Below are positions 22,339-32,181 of a stretch of 64,000 nucleotides of DNA, in pieces. The notes beneath the pieces were generated by a model that searched no databases, was not told where the DNA came from, and worked only from the letters and a program-made list of their open reading frames with translations. The DNA is taken from assembly GCA_963664115.2 (NCBI GenBank), contig CAXWPJ010000002.1, positions 704,001 to 768,000 on the forward strand, given 5' to 3'. Both the position numbers and the translations under genes were made by a program. Position 1 is the first letter of the stretch. Every line of letters begins with the position of its first letter. This DNA is from Terriglobia bacterium. GTDB lineage: Bacteria > Acidobacteriota > Terriglobia > 20CM-2-55-15.

Positions 22339-23244
22339 CTAGCACACAAGGCCCTCACACGCGATCGCTCTCAACGGCCGGGGGAAGGGCCGGTCGGTCA
22401 TTTCCTTCAATTTCTTCCGGTATTCCGGATACATCGTCTCCGCCCCACCCCGGGATGCCTCGATCGGGATGTCGTAGTAAGAGGCGAAAGCGCCGAGAGT
22501 TGGATTGGTCCCCGGCAGGTAGTGGGGGACCACCCCCGGATCCATATCGACCTCCGTCACAACAGTGCAGGGGTAAGGGGGCAGTCGTTGGTTCAGGTCC
22601 AGGAGATATTCCCGGCTCCGGATCAGCGGTTCTTCGAGATACGCGGGATCGTAGATGATGCTAGTGTAGGTGAGAACGTTTCCCCGCCGGGTCAGGAACT
22701 GCGTGATCTCGGACTTGTCGCTACGAAACACGCCCGAGCGTCTCATGTAGCCTTCTTTCAGGTGGGTCGTGCTGATCTTGAGGACATCTCCGATCCACTC
22801 CCCGCTTGAAAATCCACCCCAGCTGTGCGGGGCGTTTTCCGAAGGGTGGGGCCGTCCATCCATGTATATCGGGTAATCGACGGATCGCAGCCATTCCGTG
22901 TGTATGGCCACGGTTTCCCGTGAGACGGGATCGATCTCCTGCCAGATCTTCAGTTCTGACGGGCCTCGTTCCAGGTAGCCCAGCGGGTGGGGCCGGCATT
23001 GCCACTCGGGCAGCGTCCACCGGGTTGCGGTCCACGCATCGGCGCGCGCGCGTGCATTGTCATTGATGGGCATGCCCGCATAGTCCCCGGGCAGGACGTT
23101 CGGGCGTGGCGTCTGATCCTCGTGAGCCCGATTGGGACTCCACTCTCCGGAAAGATCCACCTGGGCGAGTGCGGGCGAACCCGCGAATAGAGTCAGAAAT
23201 AAGAACGTATACACGGAAATCTTCATGCCGTTGACCCCGCTCAT
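22339..23244 (-). CDS. Secreted hypothetical protein (DLSG.W family)
   Basis: AQVDLSGEW, CRPHP, DGRPHP, GFSSGEW.GD and DPAYLEEP motifs. Confidence 0.8.
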   Translation of the reverse strand: MSGVNGMKISVYTFLFLTLFAGSPALAQVDLSGEWSPNRAHEDQTPRPNVLPGDYAGMPINDNARARADAWTATRWTLPEWQCRPHPLGYLERGPSELKIWQEIDPVSRETVAIHTEWLRSVDYPIYMDGRPHPSENAPHSWGGFSSGEWIGDVLKISTTHLKEGYMRRSGVFRSDKSEITQFLTRRGNVLTYTSIIYDPAYLEEPLIRSREYLLDLNQRLPPYPCTVVTEVDMDPGVVPHYLPGTNPTLGAFASYYDIPIEASRGGAETMYPEYRKKLKEMTDRPFPRPLRAIACEGLVC

Positions 23245-23454
23245 GGCCACCTCCGATTTGCGCCTGCTCGCTTTACCCATCAGGGTCTGACTATCCAATA
23301 AAGAGCTAGTTGCGGGAGTAAGATTCAGAAGGAGTGTAGTGCCAGATTCGGAGATCGTCAAGGCCTCCCCACCCTCCGGTGAAGATGGGGTTGTTCACCC
23401 TCTAAGGAAGCTCATCCCAACGCTCAAATGAAACGACGAGGTCTCACCCGAATT

Positions 23455-24036
23455 TCAGTTTGAGTTGCCCAAATTGCCCAACTCACCGTCCCAGCGGGTC
23501 GACCCTTCGGTGTGAATGCCAAACTGATCCAGCACCCGCATCACGATGTGATCCACGGCGGTGTCCAGGGATTCGGGGTGATTGTAGAACGCGGGTACCG
23601 GGGGGACGATGACGACGCCCATCCGTGAAAGCTTCAACATGTTTTCGATGTGAATGTCGCTGAGCGGAGATTCCCTCACCATCAGCACGAGCTTCCGCCT
23701 TTCCTTGAGTACGACGTCGGCCGCGCGATGTACGAGGTTGTCGCCCTGGCCGTGGGCGATCGCCGCCAGGGAGCGCACGCTACAGGGTGCGATGATCATG
23801 CCGTCGGTGACAAACGAGCCACTGGAGATCGCTGCCCCTTGATCGCTCTCCGCATATGTACACGTAGCGAGTGCTTTGACCGCGTCCACCGTGGTGGTGG
23901 TTTCATGAACCAGCGTCCGTGCACCCCACTTGCTTATCACGAGATGGCTTTCGATTTCCGAAGCCCTCAGCGCTTCCAGCAACCGGATTCCGAAGATCGT
24001 TCCGGTTGCACCTGTAATGCCGACGATGAGTTTCAT
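23455..24036 (-). CDS. ubiX: Flavin prenyltransferase
   Basis: GITGATG, SSGS, APCS, RAADV.LKERR and RESP motifs. Confidence 0.95.
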   Translation of the reverse strand: MKLIVGITGATGTIFGIRLLEALRASEIESHLVISKWGARTLVHETTTTVDAVKALATCTYAESDQGAAISSGSFVTDGMIIAPCSVRSLAAIAHGQGDNLVHRAADVVLKERRKLVLMVRESPLSDIHIENMLKLSRMGVVIVPPVPAFYNHPESLDTAVDHIVMRVLDQFGIHTEGSTRWDGELGNLGNSN

Positions 24037-24040
24037 AGGG

Positions 24041-24526
24041 TCATTCCGAGAGTTCTTTCAATATCGCGCTGTAACGGTCCTGGTCTGAGCGAAGGTGCGG
24101 GTTAACGCAGGTGACGCCGCTCGAGATGTACGCTCCGGGCTCCAGCTTCGGGTCGGCATGATCGGTAAGAACCTGTGCCAGGGAAACATTGAACATGGAA
24201 TTATGGGCTGCGGATTGCATTTCCTGCCGCAACTCTGCTGCGGTTCCTTTGAGGTAGTACGTCGTGCGTGCGTCAAAGATCGAGAGTGTCACTTTTTCCC
24301 GCCGCCGCATGTTTTCGCTCGTGCGGCTGGTCTTATATGTGGCCAGCCGGATGTTTCCTCTATCAACGGCCACCACTTCAAAATAGCTCAAAACCGCCGG
24401 GTGTGGCCAGAGGTCGGCATCCAGGGTGTGAATCAGGATCACCTGATCGGAGCGTTCCTCCACAAAGCGGCCGCACAGCCGCCGTTCGAGATCCTCGGTC
24501 AGCAAAGTATCGATCAATCGGGCCAT
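24041..24526 (-). CDS. Pyridoxamine 5'-phosphate oxidase-like (split-barrel flavin-binding) protein
   Basis: T.D...WPH...LS and S.T..N..R pattern. Confidence 0.6.
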   Translation of the reverse strand: MARLIDTLLTEDLERRLCGRFVEERSDQVILIHTLDADLWPHPAVLSYFEVVAVDRGNIRLATYKTSRTSENMRRREKVTLSIFDARTTYYLKGTAAELRQEMQSAAHNSMFNVSLAQVLTDHADPKLEPGAYISSGVTCVNPHLRSDQDRYSAILKELSE

Positions 24527-24702
24527 AGGGGCATTCCTATAAACGATTCATGATTTCACTTGCCGCTCACGGTTGCAATCGCTTGCCGGACACCTCTGCA
24601 ATCATGGACAGGCGCAAACCGGCCATGCTGGCGAGGGATGGCGCAGCCAGTGTAGGATGAGGTGGCCAAAATACCTATCGGCGTCAGACAAGGAGACGGA
24701 CC

Positions 24703-26298
24703 GTGAAAGAAGTGAAGTCAGGCGACGGGTCGCGGCTTGAGCCGGGTCAGGAACATCCCGACCGCAGTCCAATGGACGGGATCGGCCCGGCAGATCTCAG
24801 AGAGTACATCGATCGGATCGAGCGAGCCGGCGAACTCAAGCGGATCACCGCCGAGGTCGATCTGGCCGAGGAGATGTCCGCAATCGTTTATCTGGCGGCC
24901 CGCGAGGTGGGCGCACCGGCATATTTGTTTGAGAACGTGAAAGGCTACGAGACCCCCGTCCTCTGGAACATGTGGGGGTCCAGTAGCAACCGTCTGGGCG
25001 CGGCCATGGGCCTTCCTATGGGATTGAGCCTCCGCGAGCTGGTGCTGGCCACGCGGAATCGTCTGGGTCGAAAGATCGCGCCGGTGACCGTTTCCTCCGA
25101 TGGCGCCGCGGTGTTTGAAAACACGCTGACGGGAGACGATATCGACGTTTACCGTTTTCCAGCACCCCAGCACTGGCCTCTGGATGGTGGGCGCTACATC
25201 GGGACGGCGGATGCCGTCATCACGCGCGACCCCGAAGACGGCCACATGAACGTCGGGACCTACCGGATGATGATCCATGACCGCAACCACGTGGGTCTGT
25301 ATATGTCTCCCGGAAAAGACGCCCGCCTCCAGATGGAGCGCTGGTGGCAGGCCGGTAAACCCTGCGAGGTCGTGGCGGTATGGGGGGTGGACCCTGCAAC
25401 GTTCCTGCTGTCCGGGATCACGATGCCAAAAACCGAATCCGAGTGGGACTACATCGGCGGCCTCAAGGGCGAGGCCGTGAAGTTATTGAACGGGAAGTTC
25501 ACGGATCTCCAGTTTTCAGCAGGGTCCGAGATCGTCATGGAAGGCATTGTCTATCCGCAGGATTACAAAAAAGAAGGACCGTTCGGAGAGTTCACCGGGT
25601 ACTACGGCCGACCCAGCGATCCGTCGCCTCAGGTCGAAATCAAAGCGATCCATTTCAGGAACAATCCGATTCTCACTGCAGCTCTGATGGCGGATCATTG
25701 GGCTTCCAACGACAGCGCCCTGCAGTTTGCTGTCATTCGTTCCGCACGGATCTGGGACGACCTGGACCGGCTCGGCATCCCGGGCATCCGGGGAGTCTAT
25801 GCCCACCCGTCTGCTGCCGGCGGCTTCGGCATGAACGTCGTTTCCCTGGAGCAACGCTACGCCGGGCATGCGCAACAGGTCCTGGCGATCGCGGCCCAGT
25901 CCCCGGGTGGCGCGTATTTCAGCAAGTGGATCATCGCCGTCGATCACGATATCGATCCGACGGATCTCGATCAGGTCATGTGGGCGATGGCCACACGCTG
26001 CAACCCGGTCGATGACATCGATATTCTGCGCAACACCTGGTCGACGTGGCTCGATCCCGCGCAGAACCCGCCTGACAAGAGACCCTATAGTTCGAAAGCG
26101 CTGATCAACGCCTGCATGGATCACAAGCACATCAAGACCTTCTCGAAGCGGTCGAAACTGCGCAAAGAAATCTACGACAGGGTCGTCGGACGATGGAGCG
26201 AATTGGGATTTAAAGGAAAGCCGCCCGATATACCCAGCTTTGAAGAAGATAAGGAGTGGCCGCGTGTGGACACGAAAGGCGGGCGGAGCGCGATTTAG
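24703..26298 (+). CDS. UbiD family prFMN-dependent decarboxylase
   Basis: DGGRYI, NVGTYR, EGPFGEFTGYY, VDHDID and WAMATR motifs. Confidence 0.93.
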   Translation: MKEVKSGDGSRLEPGQEHPDRSPMDGIGPADLREYIDRIERAGELKRITAEVDLAEEMSAIVYLAAREVGAPAYLFENVKGYETPVLWNMWGSSSNRLGAAMGLPMGLSLRELVLATRNRLGRKIAPVTVSSDGAAVFENTLTGDDIDVYRFPAPQHWPLDGGRYIGTADAVITRDPEDGHMNVGTYRMMIHDRNHVGLYMSPGKDARLQMERWWQAGKPCEVVAVWGVDPATFLLSGITMPKTESEWDYIGGLKGEAVKLLNGKFTDLQFSAGSEIVMEGIVYPQDYKKEGPFGEFTGYYGRPSDPSPQVEIKAIHFRNNPILTAALMADHWASNDSALQFAVIRSARIWDDLDRLGIPGIRGVYAHPSAAGGFGMNVVSLEQRYAGHAQQVLAIAAQSPGGAYFSKWIIAVDHDIDPTDLDQVMWAMATRCNPVDDIDILRNTWSTWLDPAQNPPDKRPYSSKALINACMDHKHIKTFSKRSKLRKEIYDRVVGRWSELGFKGKPPDIPSFEEDKEWPRVDTKGGRSAI

Positions 26299-26374
26299 TG
26301 CAGCTTGCTGCCAGCGATAGCCCCGGTCTGTAAAAGATCCGCGCTACCATCTGATCACAGTTTGCCCCGCGCCT

Positions 26375-28108
26375 GTGGTTGCGGCGTACTGGATTAGTGA
26401 GGTTCTCGAGGTTCTCTATGAGATGCCCGTGGAGATGGCTAACGGCATGAGACGAATATCGGCGCTCATGATCCCGGCGGCTTGCTGTGAACTCCTCTTC
26501 ACAGCGCCGGGAGCGCAATCGAGATTCTGGCCCGGAAGACGAGTTCGAGTGGGCGGTGTGCTGCTCACAGCCGCTGGACTGCTCATGTCAGCTTGCGCTA
26601 CCGACGACCGTGTGGACCCGTCAGCTTCTCCTTTTGATCTGACCGAAGCTACGATTACCCAGATTCACCGGGCGTTCGCTTCAGGAGATCTTTCCTGTGC
26701 CGAATTGATCGCTGGATACCTCGCTCGAATCGACGCCTACGACGATCGGGGTCCGGAATTGAACGCGATCATTACTGTGAATTCGCGAGCGATGGTGGTG
26801 GCCGAAGACCTGGACATGCGCTATGGGGAAAGCCCGGAAACGGTGGGTCCGCTCCACTGCGTACCCGTCATCGTGAAGGACAATTTCGATACAGCGGATC
26901 TGCCGACGACGGGTGGATCCGTAACACTGGCGAATTCCTATCCTATCGATGACGCTTTCACCGTCCGACGTCTCCGGGAAGCCGGGGCTGTTGTTCTGGC
27001 GAAGTCCAACCTGTCCGAGCTTGCCCGGGGCGGCGTGACGGCCAGTTCACTGGGAGGACAGACGAGAAATCCCTATGACCTGGGGCGGACGCCCGGGGGT
27101 TCGAGCGGCGGTACGGGCGCGGCCATCGCCGCCGGTTTCGGCATCCTCGGTACAGGGAGCGACACGGGACAATCAATCCGTTCGCCCGCATCGGCCCAAA
27201 GCCTTGTGGGAATCAGACCCACTCGGGGACTCGTGAGCCGCGACGGCGTGATCCCGAACAGCACGACTCAGGATGAGGTCGGCCCGATCACGCGCACCGT
27301 TGAAGATGCGGCCCGCATGCTGGACGTGATGGCTGGATACGATCCTGCCGATCCCATCACGGCCTTAGGAGTGCAGTACATTCCCGAAAGCTACACTCAG
27401 ACTCTCGACCCAGACGGTTTGAACCTCGCGCGCATCGGAGTGATCATGAATCTCTTCGGTGTGGAAACAATTCATGAAGTGGTCAACGTCGCCACGGAAT
27501 CCGCCATCGCTCAAATGGAGGCTGCTGGCGCAACGATGGTTCGGATCAACATCCCGTCGTTTGCCGAGATCGTGCGGGACGTTGCAGTCGCCGATTTCGA
27601 ATACAAAGATGTGTTCAAGCAGTACCTCGCGGATCTCGGGCCCAACCGACCGGTCGAGACCCTCGATGAATTTGTCACTCGCGGAGAATTCCACCCTTCG
27701 ATCCGGCAAGACCTGGAGTCGGCAGTGGCCATAGCGGACGGTCTGAACGACCCGGAGTACCGGCGTCGCCTGTTTCGCCGTGAGAACCTCCGACAGGCAT
27801 TGATGCGGGTGATCGCCGACAATGACCTGGACGCTCTCCTCTACCCGCACCAGCGTCGCCTGGTGGTGGCGATCGGCGAGGAACAACTGGAGCGCAACGG
27901 TGTGCTTTCTAATGCGACAGGCTTCCCGGCCATTACGATTCCGGGAGGGTTTTCCCCACCCACAGACTCCGCTCCGCTGGGTGTGCCGATCGGGATCGAA
28001 CTCCTGGGACCGGACTGGAGCGAGCCAACCCTCCTGAGGCTGGCCTTTGCGTTTGAACAGGTGTCGGCGATCCGGAAGTCCCCGGCTCCGACGCCGCCGT
28101 TGAACTGA
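26375..28108 (+). CDS. Amidase signature family protein (lipoprotein-like; start uncertain)
   Basis: VKDN, GGSSGG and GSDTGQSIRSPA motifs. Confidence 0.9.
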   Translation: MVAAYWISEVLEVLYEMPVEMANGMRRISALMIPAACCELLFTAPGAQSRFWPGRRVRVGGVLLTAAGLLMSACATDDRVDPSASPFDLTEATITQIHRAFASGDLSCAELIAGYLARIDAYDDRGPELNAIITVNSRAMVVAEDLDMRYGESPETVGPLHCVPVIVKDNFDTADLPTTGGSVTLANSYPIDDAFTVRRLREAGAVVLAKSNLSELARGGVTASSLGGQTRNPYDLGRTPGGSSGGTGAAIAAGFGILGTGSDTGQSIRSPASAQSLVGIRPTRGLVSRDGVIPNSTTQDEVGPITRTVEDAARMLDVMAGYDPADPITALGVQYIPESYTQTLDPDGLNLARIGVIMNLFGVETIHEVVNVATESAIAQMEAAGATMVRINIPSFAEIVRDVAVADFEYKDVFKQYLADLGPNRPVETLDEFVTRGEFHPSIRQDLESAVAIADGLNDPEYRRRLFRRENLRQALMRVIADNDLDALLYPHQRRLVVAIGEEQLERNGVLSNATGFPAITIPGGFSPPTDSAPLGVPIGIELLGPDWSEPTLLRLAFAFEQVSAIRKSPAPTPPLN

Positions 28109-28139
28109 CAACGTCCGTCATTTTCTGAAGAGGGTTTCC

Positions 28140-28958
28140 ATGAAAGCACAAATCTTGTCGGGGGCTTTACTCCTCATGCTGGCTCCGAACGCCACGGCCC
28201 AGGAAGTGGACACTGTGGACACTGTGGACACGGTTTTTCTCGAAGAGCTCACCACGGTTGAGGTCCAGGACGGGATCCGGAACGGCACGACCACCGTCAT
28301 CTTGCCAACCGCGGGGACCGAACAAAACGGCCCACATCTGGTGTTGGGTAAACACAAGTACATCGTCAACTACGCGTCGGAGCAAATCGCGCGCCGCCTC
28401 GGAAACGCGCTGGTTGCTCCCGTTGTGACTTACGTGCCTGAGGGCGCAGTGGATCCGCCGTCGGGGCACATGCGATATGCGGGGACAATCACGCTTCCCA
28501 ACGAGTTCTTCATGAAGCTTGTTGAGTACGCTGCACGGAGCTTCAGGGCACACGGATTCACCGACATCGTGTTTCTCGCCGATAGTGGGGGCAATCTCGA
28601 AGGCATGGGGGCGGTTGCGGAGCAGCTCAACAGAGAATGGGCAGACGAAATCACCCGGATTCACTTTGCCGATGATTACTATTCCAACAACGGCTATAGC
28701 GAATGGTTGATCGAACAGGGTGAGACAGCGGAGACCATCGGTGGGCACGCGGGTCTCGACACGACCTCGGAGCTTCTCTTTGTCGCACCCCAACACGTCC
28801 GTCCGGACGAGCTGACGCCCGCCGGGGGAACAGACACGAGCCGCTATAGCTTTTCGGGCGATCCCACGCGTGCGACGACTGAAATTGGCCGGAACGGCCT
28901 GCGGTTAAAGATCGAGGCCGGGGTCCGACAGATCCGGTCTTTGATGGAAGCGGATTAA
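28140..28958 (+). CDS. Creatininase/mycofactocin MftE-like amidohydrolase, secreted
   Basis: GTEQNGPHL, DSGGN and HAG..TS motifs; signal peptide. Confidence 0.85.
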   Translation: MKAQILSGALLLMLAPNATAQEVDTVDTVDTVFLEELTTVEVQDGIRNGTTTVILPTAGTEQNGPHLVLGKHKYIVNYASEQIARRLGNALVAPVVTYVPEGAVDPPSGHMRYAGTITLPNEFFMKLVEYAARSFRAHGFTDIVFLADSGGNLEGMGAVAEQLNREWADEITRIHFADDYYSNNGYSEWLIEQGETAETIGGHAGLDTTSELLFVAPQHVRPDELTPAGGTDTSRYSFSGDPTRATTEIGRNGLRLKIEAGVRQIRSLMEAD

Positions 28959-28978
28959 CCGGTATCGCTATTTCCGCG

Positions 28979-31666
28979 GTGTGTGCCCGTCACTCAATCT
29001 CCTGTCTGGACCCTCAGCCCGGGATCAGTAATAATCGCGCGATGGGGAGGCGTCGCTTGTCGTCAGCGTCGGCTACGGTCTCGGTGGCCCTGCTGCTGTG
29101 GGGCTGTGGACCGGAAGGGGGAGAATTCGATATTCCGGAACCAGGAATACCGCTCGCACTGGCCCAGGAGCGTGCGCGAAGGGTCAGCGACCTGCGCTAC
29201 GGGCTGTCGTTCGACATCCCGAACGCGGTCGGGGACCCGATCAACGGTCGTGTCACGGCTCGCTTCGCACTCGAAGACGCATCGACACCCCTTGTGTTCG
29301 ATTTCGACCCGGCCGGGGGGGACGGCGATTCCGCCGAGTCCTTTGTCCGGTCGGTGAATGTGGGCGGCTCCGAAGCCGACTTCGAACTCAACAACGGACA
29401 CATCGTCATTCCCTCGTCCGCACTCGTCGCGGGTGAGAACACGGTCGAAATTATCTTTCGCGCAGGCGACGCGTCGCTGACCCGGAACCCTGAGTTTCTA
29501 TACACGCTTTTCGTCCCTGCTCTTGCCCACACAGTTTTTCCTTCTTTTGACCAGCCCGACCTCAAAGCCCGTTACTCACTCGAGCTGACGATTCCCCTGG
29601 GGTGGCAAGCCCTTGCAAACGGCGCCGAAAACGGCCGCGAGGAAATCGGGGACCGCGTCCGTATCCGCTACGCGGAGACCGAACCGATACCGACTTATCT
29701 GTTCGCGTTTGCGGCGGGCCTGTTCCAGATCGAGGAAGCGACCCGCGACGGGAGGACCTTCCGGATGTTTCATCGGGAGACGGACACTGCCAAGCTCGAG
29801 CGCAACCGCGAAGCGGTGTTCGACCTTCATGGGGCGGCTCTGCGGCAACTCGAAGACTACACCGGCATACCCTATCCCTTCGGCAAGTTCGATTTCGTTC
29901 TCATACCGGCCTTCGAATTCGGTGGCATGGAGCACCCAGGGGCGATCTTCTATCGAGACTCCGGAATTCTGCTCGAAGAGACGGCCACTGAGCAACAACG
30001 GTTGGGCCGAGCGAGCCTGATATCGCATGAGACGTCCCATATGTGGTTCGGCGACCTCGTCACCATGCAATGGTTCGACGATGTGTGGATGAAAGAAGTC
30101 TTCGCCAATTTCATGGCGGCCAAGATCGTCAATCCCTCGTTCCCCGAGGTCAACCATGATCTGCTGTTCCTGACGAACAACTACCCGGCGGCATATGGAG
30201 TCGACCGGACGGAGGGAACGCACGCGATCCGTCAGGAGTTGGACAACCTGAACGAGGCGGGGAGCCTGTACGGGGCGATCATCTACCAGAAAGCGCCCAT
30301 CGTGATGCGGCAACTGGAACGCATTGTCGGTCCGGACCGCTTTCGGGAAGGGATGCGCGTTTACCTGGACCGGTTCCGATTCTCCAATGCAAGCTGGATG
30401 GATCTGATCGAAATCCTCGACGAAAGAACGGAAACGGACCTTGTGGCCTGGAGCCGAACCTGGGTGGAGGAGTCCGGCAGACCCGTCATTCGCACGGAAA
30501 TCGAAACTGAAAGTGACGGGCGAATGACAGGGCTCGCTCTCGCCCAGTCGGACCCGGCAGAAGGACGATCCCTCCAGTGGACCCAGGAAATCGATGTCCT
30601 GATCGGTACCCCCGGACGCATCGAGACCATAAGTGTGAGCTTTGCCGAGGCGCGTGTGGATGTCCGAGCGGCCTCGGCGATGCGCCCGGACTTCGTTCTT
30701 CCCAGCGGCAGCGGGCTAGCCTATGGCGACATCGTGCTCGATGATGGAAGCCGGGCCTATCTTCTGGAGCACCTCGGGGAATTCGACGACGCCGTGACCC
30801 GCGGCGCGGTCTGGGTCACGCTCTGGGAAGAGATGCTGGGGGGGCGTGTCTTGCCAGAGACGCTGATGAACCTCGCCCTTGATGTGATCGCGAGGGAGGA
30901 CACCGAGCAAGTCGTTCAGTTGCTGCTCAACGGAGTCGGTTCGCTTTTCTGGCGCTACCTGCCGGTGTCGGAAAGGGAAGCGGTAGCGCCCAGACTCGAG
31001 CGCGTTCTTCGGGACGGAATCGGACGATCGGAGTCCTCGAGCCTGAAGTCGGCTTACTTTTCTGCTTTCCGTTCGATTGTGACACGGGCCGACGGCATCG
31101 ATTTTCTCGAAGGTGTATGGAGCCGGGAGGAGAGGATACCGGGACTGTCGCTGTCGGAAACCGATGAGACGACGATGGCGGAACAGCTCGCGCTGCGTTC
31201 GCACCCGCGCTCGTCCGAGATCCTTGACCAACAGTTGGATCGCATCGAAAATCCCGACCGGCGGGAGCGTTTCCAGTTTGTAATCCCGGCGCTCTCATCG
31301 GACCCGGAGGAGCGGTCCGCGTTCTTTGCACGGATCGGCGATCCGTCCAACCGGGGGCGCGAACCCTGGGTCCTCGACGGTTTACGTTTCCTCAACCATC
31401 CCTTGCGGGGGAGGGAATCTTTGGAGCAGATCCGTCCAGCTCTGGAGGAACTTTTAGAAGTTCGGGACACGGGCGACATCTTTTTCCCAAGGAACTGGTT
31501 GGCCGCGCTGCTGTCTGGACACAACACCCCCCGGGCAGCAGAGATCGTCCGTGAGTTTCTCGCCCGACAGGCGCCGGACTATCCGGTTCGCCTGCGGCAG
31601 ATCATTCTTCAGTCGGCGGACCCCCTGTTCCGGGCCGTCACGAATTTCGAGTCCCGGGATAACTGA
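28979..31666 (+). CDS. M1 family aminopeptidase (PepN-like)
   Basis: GGMEH, HETSHMWFG..E and IYQK motifs. Confidence 0.93.
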   Translation: MCARHSISCLDPQPGISNNRAMGRRRLSSASATVSVALLLWGCGPEGGEFDIPEPGIPLALAQERARRVSDLRYGLSFDIPNAVGDPINGRVTARFALEDASTPLVFDFDPAGGDGDSAESFVRSVNVGGSEADFELNNGHIVIPSSALVAGENTVEIIFRAGDASLTRNPEFLYTLFVPALAHTVFPSFDQPDLKARYSLELTIPLGWQALANGAENGREEIGDRVRIRYAETEPIPTYLFAFAAGLFQIEEATRDGRTFRMFHRETDTAKLERNREAVFDLHGAALRQLEDYTGIPYPFGKFDFVLIPAFEFGGMEHPGAIFYRDSGILLEETATEQQRLGRASLISHETSHMWFGDLVTMQWFDDVWMKEVFANFMAAKIVNPSFPEVNHDLLFLTNNYPAAYGVDRTEGTHAIRQELDNLNEAGSLYGAIIYQKAPIVMRQLERIVGPDRFREGMRVYLDRFRFSNASWMDLIEILDERTETDLVAWSRTWVEESGRPVIRTEIETESDGRMTGLALAQSDPAEGRSLQWTQEIDVLIGTPGRIETISVSFAEARVDVRAASAMRPDFVLPSGSGLAYGDIVLDDGSRAYLLEHLGEFDDAVTRGAVWVTLWEEMLGGRVLPETLMNLALDVIAREDTEQVVQLLLNGVGSLFWRYLPVSEREAVAPRLERVLRDGIGRSESSSLKSAYFSAFRSIVTRADGIDFLEGVWSREERIPGLSLSETDETTMAEQLALRSHPRSSEILDQQLDRIENPDRRERFQFVIPALSSDPEERSAFFARIGDPSNRGREPWVLDGLRFLNHPLRGRESLEQIRPALEELLEVRDTGDIFFPRNWLAALLSGHNTPRAAEIVREFLARQAPDYPVRLRQIILQSADPLFRAVTNFESRDN

Positions 31667-32181
31667 TGCGCACACCGTGGTTCCTGTTCGCGAGCGCATC
31701 GGTCTTGCTCCTGATCATGGGTGCGAGCTTCTTTGTCTCTCCATCGGATCGACCGGCGTCCCAGCCTCACGCAGTCTATACTTCGTTGGAAAGTACCGAT
31801 GTCGGATCGCAGGCAACGATCTGGCTGGGCTATTCCATGGGCCTCGCGATTCTAGCTGTCATGGCTGCCCTGGTCTGGATGGGTGTAGCCAAGATGGGAA
31901 AGCTTGGCGCGCTCGGAAGATGGCTGGGGGCCGGTTTCGTGTGTCTGGGGTTGATCTTCACCGCCCTAGTCACGAGCTATGCGCGTTACGGGGCCGGAGA
32001 CCAGAACAGTTTCTTTGGCGGTCTTCCTGCACCCACGGCCTGGATGCTCTACGGGTTGTGGCTCTTCCCCATGCTGATGATTTTGGTGTGTTCCCTCCAC
32101 TTTGAGCGCTGGTACTTCAGCGAAGAAGATGAGCGTTCAATCGAGGCACTGATGCGCTCGAAGCGTGTCCGGAAAGACTGA
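31666..32181 (+). CDS. Membrane protein upstream of the symporter
   Basis: About four hydrophobic segments; translationally coupled to both neighbours. Confidence 0.7.
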   Translation: MRTPWFLFASASVLLLIMGASFFVSPSDRPASQPHAVYTSLESTDVGSQATIWLGYSMGLAILAVMAALVWMGVAKMGKLGALGRWLGAGFVCLGLIFTALVTSYARYGAGDQNSFFGGLPAPTAWMLYGLWLFPMLMILVCSLHFERWYFSEEDERSIEALMRSKRVRKD

